NCBI GenBank assembly: GCA_051439425.1 | Contig: JBFRWD010000143.1 | Location: forward strand, 1 to 44,029 | Origin: Synechococcus sp. | GTDB taxonomy: Bacteria; Cyanobacteriota; Cyanobacteriia; Thermostichales; PCC-7336 | Reading direction: 5' to 3' | DNA length: 44,029 nt | Part shown: piece by piece, positions 1 to 9,470 of the stretch | How the letters are laid out: the number at the start of each line of letters is the position of its first letter | How positions within the stretch are numbered: the stretch's first letter is position 1 | Program-made: the position numbers and the translations under genes | Notes under the pieces: generated by a model | What the model saw: only the letters and a program-made list of their open reading frames with translations | Told to the model about the DNA's origin: nothing | The model's database searches: none

Positions 1-73
1 CACAGGTGTTGATTTAGAGTCGATACTGTTTGCTGAGACTGTGATGCCTGATGGCTCGGTTCGAAGTAGTTAG
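1..73 (+). CDS. 3' end of an upstream gene (partial, unknown product)
   Basis: Frame 2 is open from the window edge: TGVDLESILFAETVMPDGSVRSS, TAG at 71-73; protein-like but family not recognised. Confidence 0.4.
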   Translation, partial: TGVDLESILFAETVMPDGSVRSS

Positions 74-232
74 ACTTTTCAATACTTGGACTTTGCACTC
101 TGTTAGACACTGACTGTGCGGTGTCCCTGTCCTATCACTGTACTTGCACCACATCTATCAAGTGGACTGTTGCCCGTCTGTGACTGGAGAAGAGTCACAT
201 GGGTGGCAGTGGGGTAAGTCTGAGGAGAGCCT

Positions 233-1585
233 GTGACAGAATTCCTGACTCAATCTGCAATTGCAGCGGCTTCATTGCAGCTCTATCGTGGCATTTTGTC
301 GACACCTATAGGGGCTGCTTGGCAGACTTGTTGCGTAGCGATCGCAGAATTGCTAGACACTGTCGAAATATCAGAAACTAGCCCCTCCCTAGCCCGTCTA
401 CCCTACTCGGAGCGAATGCGCCTATTGGATCATTACGGTACTTGGTTTCGGCTTTTGGCAAATAGTGGCTTGAGTTGGCCGGAGTGGATTCTCCAGGAAG
501 TGTTAGTTGATGATAATCCGTTCTCCCGTTTAGCATCGGCGCAGCCATTGGAGGCAATTCCAACTGCTTTGCGGCATGCGGCTGCCCTTGACCTAAAGCG
601 ACTTCAGATTCTCTGTAGGTCTGCTCGCAGGCTGGCCGAGAGTGTTGAGGAGTTAACTTCAGAGCCGGTTGTGGCTGCAGACAGTATCTGCCTGGAGACC
701 TGGGAAGAGGCAGACGCGGCGATCGCTCGGTTACTTCAGCAAGCAGACTGTTGGGGCGAATGTCTGAACCTTTTAGCCGATCGCTATCGGCAGTCTGGAG
801 TGGGCCATTTTGGGCGCTATCGAGCCGCTCGTTGGCAGCGGGGCTTGTTGGTGGGTGTCAGGCAGGCGGATGCGATTTCGCTGGATGAGATTTACGGATA
901 CGATCGCCAGAAAGCAGCATTGTGTGGAAATGTCGAGGCTCTGTTGGCAGGGCAACCATCCCTCAATGTGTTGCTGTACGGTGCGAGAGGAACGGGAAAA
1001 TCATCGCTAGTTAAGTCTCTGCTGACGCAATATGGAGATCGCGGTTTGCGAATTGTGGAGCTGTCTCGCTCTGACTTACGCGATCTACTCATTGTGGTCG
1101 AGCAGTTGTCATCATTGTCTCAGTCCTTCATCCTTTTCATTGATGATTTGTCGTTCTCGGCGGCAGAAACCGACTATAAACAGCTGAAAGTCATGTTGGA
1201 AGGAGATATCGCTGCCCGCCCAGCGAATGTTTGCCTGTATGCCACATCCAATCGTCGCCATTTGGTGAAAGAGTATTTGGTCGATCGCCCCAATCCTGCT
1301 GATGATGAAGTACATGCCTGGGATAGCGTTCAGGAGAAGCTGTCGTTGAGCGATCGGTTTGGGCTAACTCTCACGTTTCCGCCGTTTACTCAGGTGGATT
1401 ATTTTGAGACTGTTTATCACTTGGCGGAGCTACGAAAGATCGAGCGATCGCAAGAAGAGTTGCGACAGTGGTCTCTGACATGGGCTCAGCAACAAAATGG
1501 ATTTTCGGGGCGGACAGCGCGCCAGTTTATCGACCGCCTCCAGGGTCAGGAAGGTAACCTTGACCTGCTATCACGCGGGTTTTGA
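233..1585 (+). CDS. DUF815-family AAA+ ATP-binding protein
   Basis: Walker A GARGTGKSS, Walker B FILFIDDLSF, YATSNRRHL, EKLSLSDRFGL and SGRTARQF motifs typical of DUF815; GTG start. Confidence 0.85.
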   Translation: MTEFLTQSAIAAASLQLYRGILSTPIGAAWQTCCVAIAELLDTVEISETSPSLARLPYSERMRLLDHYGTWFRLLANSGLSWPEWILQEVLVDDNPFSRLASAQPLEAIPTALRHAAALDLKRLQILCRSARRLAESVEELTSEPVVAADSICLETWEEADAAIARLLQQADCWGECLNLLADRYRQSGVGHFGRYRAARWQRGLLVGVRQADAISLDEIYGYDRQKAALCGNVEALLAGQPSLNVLLYGARGTGKSSLVKSLLTQYGDRGLRIVELSRSDLRDLLIVVEQLSSLSQSFILFIDDLSFSAAETDYKQLKVMLEGDIAARPANVCLYATSNRRHLVKEYLVDRPNPADDEVHAWDSVQEKLSLSDRFGLTLTFPPFTQVDYFETVYHLAELRKIERSQEELRQWSLTWAQQQNGFSGRTARQFIDRLQGQEGNLDLLSRGF

Positions 1586-1826
1586 AAGGACCAGTTGAAT
1601 GAATGGCAGTGGTTGTATTGAGAATTATGAAGATGTTCTCCACCCTGGGAACTATGGAGAGACAGTTCAGGAACCGCCGATTGGGTCTGCAATGTACTTG
1701 TGGCATTAGCTGGGATTTACCCTTCCCATAGTTGTCGTTGATGCGTTTGGGGCAGTTTTGTAGTTGAGCAATCGCGATGTCTGACCCAAACTGGTTGGTG
1801 TCCGGTTCTGGACATCGGTTTCCATC

Positions 1827-2624
1827 GTGACTACCTACCCCATTTCTGCCTCCCGCCTGCAGTCTTACCATCGCTGTCCGCAGGAATACTATTTCCGATA
1901 CGAGCGTCGCGTTCCCGCCAAGGCATTTTTTGGCTCGCAATCGCTAGGGCATGCCCTCCATGCTGCGTTGGCCACAATTCATCGTGATTGGCATTACACA
2001 AGCCCTCGCCCAGAATGGCAATGGCTGGAAGACTGTTGGCAACAGGCATCGCAACGACTGCCGGAGAACTTGGTGGCTGAAGGGGAAGGCATCCTGCGGC
2101 GATATTTCGAGACATTTATTCAGTCGCAGTCCACATTGCACCGGCCGCTAGGGGTGGAGAGCCGGCTGCGGGGGCGATTGCAGGTTGAGAATATCGAATT
2201 CAGTTTGTCCGGTCGCTACGATCGCCTGGACTGGCTGGATGATGGCTTAGAACTGATTGACTACAAATCCAATCGCGATATTGCCCACAGAGATCCTGCT
2301 GAAACAGATTTACAACTCGGGTTGTATTACCTGGCCCTAGAGCAGCAGTATGGCGCTAGTTTGAAGCGGTTGAGCTTTATTTACCTTAGGCAGGCGAAGG
2401 TGGTGAGCTTTGATGCGACTCCGGAGCATCACGAGCGCGTTGAAGCTACTATTGCTGATTTGGCGTTGCGGTTGCGTCGCGATCGAGAATGGCCTGCCCA
2501 GAGTGGACATCAATGCGATCGCTGCTCTTATGCTCGCTACTGCAATAAGGTTTGCGATGCCCCCGAGCCGTTACCCGAGATGATACAGCGCAAGAGTCAA
2601 TTACAACTCGTATTGGGTTTGTAA
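1827..2624 (+). CDS. PD-(D/E)XK nuclease (RecB/AddB/Cas4-like exonuclease)
   Basis: ISASRL..Y..CP N-terminus, GRYDRLD and LIDYKS catalytic motifs, QLxLY, C-terminal CDRCSYARYC. Confidence 0.85.
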   Translation: MTTYPISASRLQSYHRCPQEYYFRYERRVPAKAFFGSQSLGHALHAALATIHRDWHYTSPRPEWQWLEDCWQQASQRLPENLVAEGEGILRRYFETFIQSQSTLHRPLGVESRLRGRLQVENIEFSLSGRYDRLDWLDDGLELIDYKSNRDIAHRDPAETDLQLGLYYLALEQQYGASLKRLSFIYLRQAKVVSFDATPEHHERVEATIADLALRLRRDREWPAQSGHQCDRCSYARYCNKVCDAPEPLPEMIQRKSQLQLVLGL

Positions 2625-2867
2625 TGTAGTTGGTCTTAAGGCGCTGGGTCCGCAATCCGTAAAGACTGCAGGTGGCTTGAATTCTAGGGGGATACTCAGA
2701 CTCTAATCGGTCTAGGCAACCTAAAGGGGTCTGTCATTGTAGCGAGGTTGACACGACGAATTGGTAGGCTAGATTGCAAAAGCTCCGATATGGAGCCATA
2801 AAATTTCTACGGTTTCCCAATGCAGATGTATCCTGAGTAGGGTTCCGCGCTCCCCGGAGATTGGCTT

Positions 2868-3824
2868 GTGGATACGTTTGACTTTGATGTTGTCATTATT
2901 GGTGGTGGTCCGGCGGGCTGTACCTGCGCCTTGTACACGTCCAGAGCCAATCTGAAAACAGTGATTTTGGATAAGAACGCATCGGTGGGTGCGTTGGCAA
3001 TTACCCACAAGATTGCCAACTATCCGGGTGTGCCTGGTGAAGTGAGCGGTGCCGAGCTTCTCACCATCATGCGGGACCAGGCGATCGAATTTGGCACCTC
3101 TTACCAGAGAGCACAGGTTTTTGGCATTGATGCCGAAGGGGAGATCAAAAAGGTTTATACCCCTGAAGGTACGTTTACCGGTCGTGCGCTGGTACTGGCA
3201 ACTGGAGCGATGGGGAGAGTCGCGTCCTTTGCAGGAGAAGCTGAATTTCTCGGTCGTGGGGTGAGTTACTGTGCGACATGCGATGGTGCGTTCTATCGCG
3301 ATCGCGAAGTGGCGGTTGTTGGTCTCAACCAGGAAGCGATTGAAGAAGCGCAGGTGTTGACGAAGTTTGCCTCCACCGTCCACTGGATTACGGTCAAAGA
3401 CCCCTTGCCAGAAGATGAACATGCTCAGGATCTATTGGCTAATTCCAGCGTCAAGCATTGGAACCGCACGCGCTTGATGTCCATTCATGGTGATGAGATG
3501 GGCGTGACTGGCGTACAGGTGAAGCGCAAAGGTGAAGAAGAGAAAGAGCCTTTGGACGTGGATGGGGTGTTTGTTTATCAGAGTGGCTCTAAGCCCATTA
3601 CTGATTTTGTTGGCGACCAGGTGGAGTTTAATCCCGATGGCGGCGTTCGCGTGGATGACATGATGGCCACGTCTGTGGGTGGGGTATGGGCGATTGGTGA
3701 TATTCGCAATACACCATTCAAGCAAGCCGTTGTGGCGGCCGGAGATGGGTGCATTGCAGCTATGTCGATCGATCGCTATCTCAACAGTCGTAAGTCTATC
3801 AAGCCTGATTGGGACCATTCCTAG
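2868..3824 (+). CDS. trxB: Flavin thioredoxin reductase (TrxB superfamily; probably NADPH-independent DTR/FFTR type)
   Basis: GGGPAG FAD-binding motif, GVSYCATCDG redox motif, AIGD; NADPH-binding motifs are degenerate (VVGLNQEA, HWIT); C-terminal KPDW tail. Confidence 0.85.
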   Translation: MDTFDFDVVIIGGGPAGCTCALYTSRANLKTVILDKNASVGALAITHKIANYPGVPGEVSGAELLTIMRDQAIEFGTSYQRAQVFGIDAEGEIKKVYTPEGTFTGRALVLATGAMGRVASFAGEAEFLGRGVSYCATCDGAFYRDREVAVVGLNQEAIEEAQVLTKFASTVHWITVKDPLPEDEHAQDLLANSSVKHWNRTRLMSIHGDEMGVTGVQVKRKGEEEKEPLDVDGVFVYQSGSKPITDFVGDQVEFNPDGGVRVDDMMATSVGGVWAIGDIRNTPFKQAVVAAGDGCIAAMSIDRYLNSRKSIKPDWDHS

Positions 3825-4025
3825 ATCCTGAGCGACTTACCCTGATGAGGGGATATCTAGCGAGCTGAAAGTTCCATTACACCTCGACAGCAATTTGCAA
3901 AAACGGTGATAGTTTGGCGTGTAGTAGCTCGTCTAGGCTTCGTGTTCGGTAGGCGATCGCCGTTTTCAGGTAGGTTATCTGAATCAATACCGAAGCATAG
4001 CTAGTCGCTAGAGACCCTTCCACGT

Positions 4026-4388
4026 GTGGCCGAATCCATGACAGAACGCGGACAAAATAAGGCGAAGCAGAAAACATTCACGATTATGCGGAAGTTCGCT
4101 GAAACGTACGCAAAGCGAACGGATACGTATTTTTGTTCCGATCCAACGGTGACGACTGCCGTTATTGAGGGGTTGGCTGTTCATAAGGAAGAATTGGGAG
4201 CGCCGCTCTGCCCCTGCCGGTTTTATGAAGACAAAGAAGCAGAGGTGAAGCGAGGGTATTGGAACTGCCCATGTGTGCCAATGCGTGAGCGCAAAGAATG
4301 TCATTGCATGCTGTTTCTGCCTGCCGACCACGCTTTTGCTGGACCCAGCCGAACTTTAGATGAAGTTGAGTTGAATTACACGGATTAA
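4026..4388 (+). CDS. ftrC: Ferredoxin-thioredoxin reductase catalytic subunit
   Basis: LGAPLCPCR, WNCPCVPMRERKECHCMLF Fe-S/disulfide motifs; alternative ATG start at 4038. Confidence 0.95.
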   Translation: MAESMTERGQNKAKQKTFTIMRKFAETYAKRTDTYFCSDPTVTTAVIEGLAVHKEELGAPLCPCRFYEDKEAEVKRGYWNCPCVPMRERKECHCMLFLPADHAFAGPSRTLDEVELNYTD

Positions 4389-4394
4389 TCAGCT

Positions 4395-4784
4395 TTGGAT
4401 GCTATCTCTGCGCAGGATGTCGAACAGCTTCGGCTAGCAGTTGCCCAGTTCAACAATCGGGAATTCTATGCCTGTCACGATACGTTAGAAGCGCTCTGGG
4501 TTGAAGCGATTGAACCCAATCGCATGTTTTATCAAGGGCTCTTGCAGATCGGCGTCGGCTACTATCATTTGCTGAACAATAATTGGCGAGGTTCGTTGAT
4601 TTTGTTAGGGGAAGGGCTATCTCGTTTGGAGTATTACAGCCCAAGTTATCTCAATATTGACGTGCAATCCTTAATGAAACACAGCCAAGACAACCAGCAA
4701 CTGATTCAGGATCTTGGGGCCGATCGACTGTCCCAATTCGATGTGCAGCGTATTCCCCAAGTTGAGTGGGTGGCAGAGGGTTGA
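4395..4784 (+). CDS. DUF309 domain protein
   Basis: FNxxEFYACHDTLEALW and FYQGLLQIGV motifs; usual neighbour of ftrC in cyanobacteria. Confidence 0.9.
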   Translation: MDAISAQDVEQLRLAVAQFNNREFYACHDTLEALWVEAIEPNRMFYQGLLQIGVGYYHLLNNNWRGSLILLGEGLSRLEYYSPSYLNIDVQSLMKHSQDNQQLIQDLGADRLSQFDVQRIPQVEWVAEG

Positions 4785-4808
4785 CCGGAATGCACTTGAT
4801 TGAGCGAC

Positions 4809-5885
4809 CTAGAGTGTTGTGAAGGCAAGGCCGTTCTCTTCTAGCCATTGTATGAGTAAGGTTTGACATGCAGGAACGGCGATCCCTGCACCAGATGATT
4901 CTCGATAGGTTGAGATCGACTCGATATCCAATCGGAATTCTCCCGGCTGGAAACTAGGGTTGAGGGCTCCGTCGTACTCAAATTTGCTGAGCATGAGCTG
5001 TAGGGCGTTAATGCGGCTGGTGTTGATAGGGCCAGCATTGGGGACGGTTTTGGCTCGCATGACTGGAATGAGATCGGTGAATGGAATGCGGACATCGATC
5101 CACTCGCTAGCTACTGTATCGAATGAGAATCCGTAGGCGACTCCATCCCAGCGCTGTTCGTCCCGCATTAAGAACTTATAGCGTTGTCCGTCTCCCCTCA
5201 CTCGCAACACTATGCCATCAAACCCCGATAAATTCAGGTCTGGCTCTAGGTTGCGGGTTCGGACTGAGGCGAATCCACCCGAGTTGGATGTCGAGACCGT
5301 ACCGGAGAAAATCGCTATGCCCTCTCCCATGCGGATGCTGCTAGAGCTAACACCGCCCATCACCACATCATCGACCGATCCCCAGATATCTGACAGATTG
5401 GGCAAGGGTTGGCTGAAGTCAAAGACTGTCGAAGTCTCCGATGGTCGATTGGAATGAGGGCGATCGAGGTGAGCCTGGGCGATCGCTATTTGGGCGTATT
5501 CGACAGCTTCCGTGCGATGGCTACAGACAATAACGCTTGTTACCCCGCGAGCAACTTGCTCTAACGGGAGTTGCCTGGAGATACCAGAAAACATTTCTGT
5601 CGCTGTGACAGGCGGACCGAGATCGAGCAAGCGGACGCGATATCCCTGCTGCACTAGCTTGTCGATCCACTGTTGAGTCTCAGAACCGCTATCTCCAATG
5701 GCTAAAGTTGTGGGAGAGCTGATACCCGTTCCGTAGGCGATCGTGCTTGATTGTCCGGTCATGCGTGCAAACCAACTACAGTTACTCAAAATGGGAACGG
5801 CTCCAAAGAATAGCAGTGTATTGAATAACCGCTTGACATCCCAGCCCGCGTTAGTTTTTTCAACTGATTTGGCATTTTGATGCAT
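4809..5885 (-). CDS. CIA30 family protein with degenerate NAD(P)-binding flanks
   Basis: [48 protein letters not shown]30 motifs. Confidence 0.85.
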   Translation of the reverse strand: MHQNAKSVEKTNAGWDVKRLFNTLLFFGAVPILSNCSWFARMTGQSSTIAYGTGISSPTTLAIGDSGSETQQWIDKLVQQGYRVRLLDLGPPVTATEMFSGISRQLPLEQVARGVTSVIVCSHRTEAVEYAQIAIAQAHLDRPHSNRPSETSTVFDFSQPLPNLSDIWGSVDDVVMGGVSSSSIRMGEGIAIFSGTVSTSNSGGFASVRTRNLEPDLNLSGFDGIVLRVRGDGQRYKFLMRDEQRWDGVAYGFSFDTVASEWIDVRIPFTDLIPVMRAKTVPNAGPINTSRINALQLMLSKFEYDGALNPSFQPGEFRLDIESISTYRESSGAGIAVPACQTLLIQWLEENGLAFTTL

Positions 5886-5996
5886 TGTCTAACCTCTTAC
5901 CGCACCGAGCATTGTAGTCATTTTCACGTTTTTGATAGATTTCTGGCAAAATCGATTAAAGTGAAGGCGGTAAACCAGAGTGCTAGAGACATTGCC

Positions 5997-6695
5997 ATGG
6001 CCAAGCCTACCGTCATCTCTCCTTCCATTTTGTCTGCTGATTTTAGTCGTTTGGGTGAAGAAATCCAGGCGGTAGATAAGGCCGGTGCCGACTGGATTCA
6101 CGTCGATGTTATGGACGGTCGGTTTGTGCCCAACATCACGATTGGCCCCCTGATTGTGGATGCCATTCGTCCCTACACCAAGAAGCCCCTCGACGTTCAC
6201 TTGATGATTGTCGAGCCTGAAAAGTATGTAGAAGGGTTTGCGAAGGCAGGAGCCGATATCATCTCCGTTCACGCCGAGCACAATGCTAGTCCCCACCTGC
6301 ATCGCACTCTCGGTCAAATCCGCGAATTGGGTAAGCAAGCGGGTGTGGTGCTCAACCCCGGCACTCCGCTAGAGCTGATTGATTATGTTTTGCCGTTGTG
6401 CGATCTGATCTTGATCATGAGCGTTAACCCCGGATTTGGTGGTCAAAGCTTTATTCCTGATGTAGTTCCCAAGATCCGCAAGTTGCGTGCAATGTGCGAC
6501 GAACGTGGCCTCGATCCGTGGATTGAGGTAGACGGTGGTCTCAAGGCTCACAATACTTGGCAGGTGCTCGAAGCTGGTGCCAATGCGATCGTGGCTGGCT
6601 CTGCTGTCTTTAAGGCAGATGACTATGCTGCAGCAATTGAAGGTATTCGTAACAGCAAGCGTCCTGCTTCTGAAAAAGAGCTGGTTACTGCTTAA
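5997..6695 (+). CDS. rpe: Ribulose-phosphate 3-epimerase
   Basis: [46 protein letters not shown] at 5997 preferred over the ORF-track start 5877. Confidence 0.97.
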   Translation: MAKPTVISPSILSADFSRLGEEIQAVDKAGADWIHVDVMDGRFVPNITIGPLIVDAIRPYTKKPLDVHLMIVEPEKYVEGFAKAGADIISVHAEHNASPHLHRTLGQIRELGKQAGVVLNPGTPLELIDYVLPLCDLILIMSVNPGFGGQSFIPDVVPKIRKLRAMCDERGLDPWIEVDGGLKAHNTWQVLEAGANAIVAGSAVFKADDYAAAIEGIRNSKRPASEKELVTA

Positions 6696-6731
6696 TCTGC
6701 TTCTCCGCCTGACTAACGTGGAGTGTGTTTG

Positions 6732-7913
6732 TTACTCGCCGGCAAGATATGGCTGAGTAATATAGCCTTCGATCAAGCGATCGCTTCCAACGTTGCGCTC
6801 TCGTACGCGCTCCAGTTTCAGTGCAGAACTCATATGAACGACACCCGGCCCTGCAATGGGGCCGGGTGCTGTTGTACCGCCCACGAGTTTGGGGGCAACA
6901 AACGCCATAACCTTCTGAATCGTTCCGTCTAGCAAAGCTGCTGCAGCGACGGTTGCTCCGCATTCCCACAGCACGGTAATCAGACCTCGGTCATACAGCG
7001 CTTTGGAAGCCGTTGCAGGGGTCAGTTTGGGAAGAGTCAGAACATCCACCCCTTTGTTCGTGAGAAAGTCTAAGAGGTGCGATCGCTCGTGCTGCTTACT
7101 GCCACTGGCTGGTTCGGTCATGACCAGAGTGGGAGCATCTTGGGTATTCCACAGCTTGAGGGTTGTCGGTAAATCGAGCCTGCGACTGAGGACGACTCGC
7201 AGCGGATTATGGCCGTCCACTAGTCGGCAGGTGAGTTGTGGATCGTCTTGTCGCACGGTGTTGCCTCCTACGATGACGGCATCACTAACGGCCCGTTGGG
7301 CATGGACGAGAGTACGCGATTCGAGCGAACTAATCCACTGGCTATGTCCGGTGCTGGTGGCAATCTTTCCGTCCAGTGTCATGGCATATTTCAAAATACC
7401 CAAAGGCTGTTGATGGAGAATGCTGTGAACAAATGCTTCATTCAAGGTTTGGCAGGCCTCTTCTTCTACACCGACTGTGACGTCAATTCCTGCTTGACGT
7501 AGCCGCTCTAATCCAGATCCGGCAACGAGTGGATTGGGATCGACCATCCCGGCGACCACACGCGAGATTCCTGCCTGAATGACTGCCTCCGTGCAGGGAG
7601 GCGTACGACCGGTATGGTTACAGGGTTCCAGATTGACGTATAACGTGGCGCCTTGGGATAGCTCTCCAGCGTCTCGGAGCGCAAACACTTCTGCATGGGG
7701 CTCTCCTGGTTTGGGATGAAATCCTCGACCCACGCACCGACTGTCCCGAACGATCACCGAACCCACCATGGGATTGGGGCTGGTATTCCCTGCTGCCTTA
7801 CGAGCCAAATCCAAACACTGTTGCATCCAGTAGTGATCGATATTGTTCGATGGAGCATTGGTTGTTTGAGTTGCGTGCATAAGACATTGCCGAAGACTCT
7901 CTCCGGTGGCCAA
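6732..7913 (-). CDS. ribD: Riboflavin biosynthesis deaminase/reductase RibD
   Basis: SPNPMVG, HAE, LEPCNHTGRTPPC zinc motif, KYAMTLDGKIA reductase motif; start could be ATG 7880. Confidence 0.95.
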   Translation of the reverse strand: MATGESLRQCLMHATQTTNAPSNNIDHYWMQQCLDLARKAAGNTSPNPMVGSVIVRDSRCVGRGFHPKPGEPHAEVFALRDAGELSQGATLYVNLEPCNHTGRTPPCTEAVIQAGISRVVAGMVDPNPLVAGSGLERLRQAGIDVTVGVEEEACQTLNEAFVHSILHQQPLGILKYAMTLDGKIATSTGHSQWISSLESRTLVHAQRAVSDAVIVGGNTVRQDDPQLTCRLVDGHNPLRVVLSRRLDLPTTLKLWNTQDAPTLVMTEPASGSKQHERSHLLDFLTNKGVDVLTLPKLTPATASKALYDRGLITVLWECGATVAAAALLDGTIQKVMAFVAPKLVGGTTAPGPIAGPGVVHMSSALKLERVRERNVGSDRLIEGYITQPYLAGE

Positions 7914-8073
7914 GTATATCCTTGGATACTGCGATGTCAGTTTAAGAAGCGTGACTGTTGGAGTGTGAGCTCGATCAGTCGAGATTCTACAGATGTTGAA
8001 AAGTCTGATATGCGTTTCGGTACCGTCAAGTCCTGCTGGTTCAAGTTAGGAACGCGATCGCTTAGCTAATAGC

Positions 8074-8106
8074 AAAAAGCCCTCAGTAAACTAAACTGAA
8101 GGCTTT
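8074..8106 (-). terminator. Rho-independent terminator downstream of tRNA-Pro
   Basis: Minus strand AAAGCCTTCAGT-loop-ACTGAGGGCTTT followed by T run. Confidence 0.7.
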
Positions 8107-8130
8107 GCCGGGGGGTCGATTAAATGCGGA

Positions 8131-8204
8131 TCGGAGCGGCGGGATTTGAACCCACGACCCCTACTACCCCAAAGTAGTGCGCTACCAAGCTGCGCTACGC
8201 CCCG
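8131..8204 (-). tRNA. tRNA-Pro(GGG)
   Basis: Reverse complement CGGGGCGTAGCGCAGCTTGGTAGCGCACTACTTTGGGGTAGTAGGGGTCGTGGGTTCAAATCCCGCCGCTCCGA folds as a cloverleaf; anticodon GGG; CCA not encoded. Confidence 0.97.
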
Positions 8205-8460
8205 AAGTCGCTTTGATACTATAGCACTCGGTGTCAGCCGTTTGACAAAACTCTGATGCGAGACTTTGCTCAGAAGTAGTGATTGAATCGTGTGATGAGC
8301 GAGTTGTTGTTCGATGAGTCTTGACGTGTGGGACTCACGCCCCATCGATATGAACTGTTCACTATCTCGGTCAAGCAGATTTGATAACCACTCTGTGGTC
8401 TTTTCCAGAGTTTATTGCAGTAAGAACTAGCCGGATTGAATCATTCAAATATCGGCTAGG

Positions 8461-9033
8461 TTATGGCGTGCATCTTTCGTTCTGCAGTTGCGGGGTCGAT
8501 CCGGAGATGATTGAGCGTCGTACTACCTCAATTCGCTTTGCAGGTAGCCCAATGAGTTGACCTAATAGGTCTAGTGGGATGGAGGCGATGTCTGAGGCAC
8601 CGACCCAATCTTGTAATTGTTGAAGCAGTAGGTAGGTTCGCTTCAATTCAGACTGTTCCTGCATAAGATGCTGCAAACTCTGGGATTGGTTGAGTCGGCA
8701 TTGAAAAGCTTGCTGTCGCTCTACCGGATCGTGAGGTTCGCAAATTTGGATTGAACCAAAAACAAAAACACCAGTTATCGTTGTATCGATCGTTCCTCCT
8801 AGAGCGCTTCCGGGACTAATTAGTTCGGTGTAGAAGCGTTTTTGCAGAATCATGCCACCATCACAATTGGGCTTTAGGCGGAACAGCTTCCTGTTTTGGA
8901 AAAGCTCAACAGCCAGCCAGGTCGATCCCTGAGAGTGAATGACAGAATTGAGGTAAGGGCTTTGATCGGAAATCAAGTGACCGAGCCTGTACGTGCAACT
9001 GAAATCAGTATGAACGGATAGCCGCTCAAACAA
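8461..9033 (-). CDS. Cyanobacterial Crp/Fnr-like hypothetical regulator
   Basis: FYTELISPGSALGG segment and C-terminal IPLDLLGQLIGLP..IE HTH-like region resemble atypical cyanobacterial Crp-like proteins; TTG start uncertain. Confidence 0.5.
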   Translation of the reverse strand: MFERLSVHTDFSCTYRLGHLISDQSPYLNSVIHSQGSTWLAVELFQNRKLFRLKPNCDGGMILQKRFYTELISPGSALGGTIDTTITGVFVFGSIQICEPHDPVERQQAFQCRLNQSQSLQHLMQEQSELKRTYLLLQQLQDWVGASDIASIPLDLLGQLIGLPAKRIEVVRRSIISGSTPQLQNERCTP

Positions 9034-9096
9034 CTCGGTCTGAATGCGGAGGTTCTGATGTTCACTTTTATGAAGTCAGTAAAGTCTTGGGGGCTC

Positions 9097-9350
9097 CTAC
9101 CCTGCAAGGGCTTTCCAGAGAGCGAGCAATCGGACAAATAGGGGCACCACTAGAATGACACCGATCGTACGGCTGAGATGCATGACTCAAACGGTGGGGC
9201 TTTTTGTTCCTATATCGAGAGCAATCCAACTCATGTCGGAGATTCCGCCGGGAGCTGAGGCCAAAAGTGCTGTTAGTTGCTCTAGTGCCAACCAGCGCGA
9301 GATGAGCAGTCCCGAGACGATGCCGGTCAAGAGCGATGGTGCCATAAGAC
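9097..9350 (-). pseudogene. AbrB-family (AidB regulator/putative ammonia monooxygenase) membrane protein remnant
   Basis: ..LTALLASAPGGISDMSWIALDIGTKSPTV*VMHLSRTIGVILVVPLF.. matches the AbrB APGG..EM..A...G....V...H..R motif; in-frame TGA at 9187-9189; N-terminal part missing. Confidence 0.75.
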
Positions 9351-9470
9351 AGTGCTGGTCTCCATCGGTCTCGCAAGTAAATGAGTGCATCGGATGTAAT
9401 GGTTGCGCTTGATAGAATTCCCAATCCCATTTGTCAGATGAATTTTGTACCTTGCGGAGGAGTGGGAACG

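Noticed and set aside
2769..3422. 217-aa minus-strand ORF
   Set aside because: Antisense shadow of the thioredoxin reductase gene; no recognisable motifs
3841..3875. CTGATGA...GAAA hammerhead-like core
   Set aside because: Stem II cannot form and there are no flanking stems
8131..8204. tRNA-Pro as an island integration site
   Set aside because: No integrase, no duplicated tRNA 3' end seen, and core genes lie downstream
9187..9189. TGA as selenocysteine or programmed readthrough in the AbrB fragment
   Set aside because: The position is not a Cys site and the gene is also 5'-truncated; simple decay is more likely
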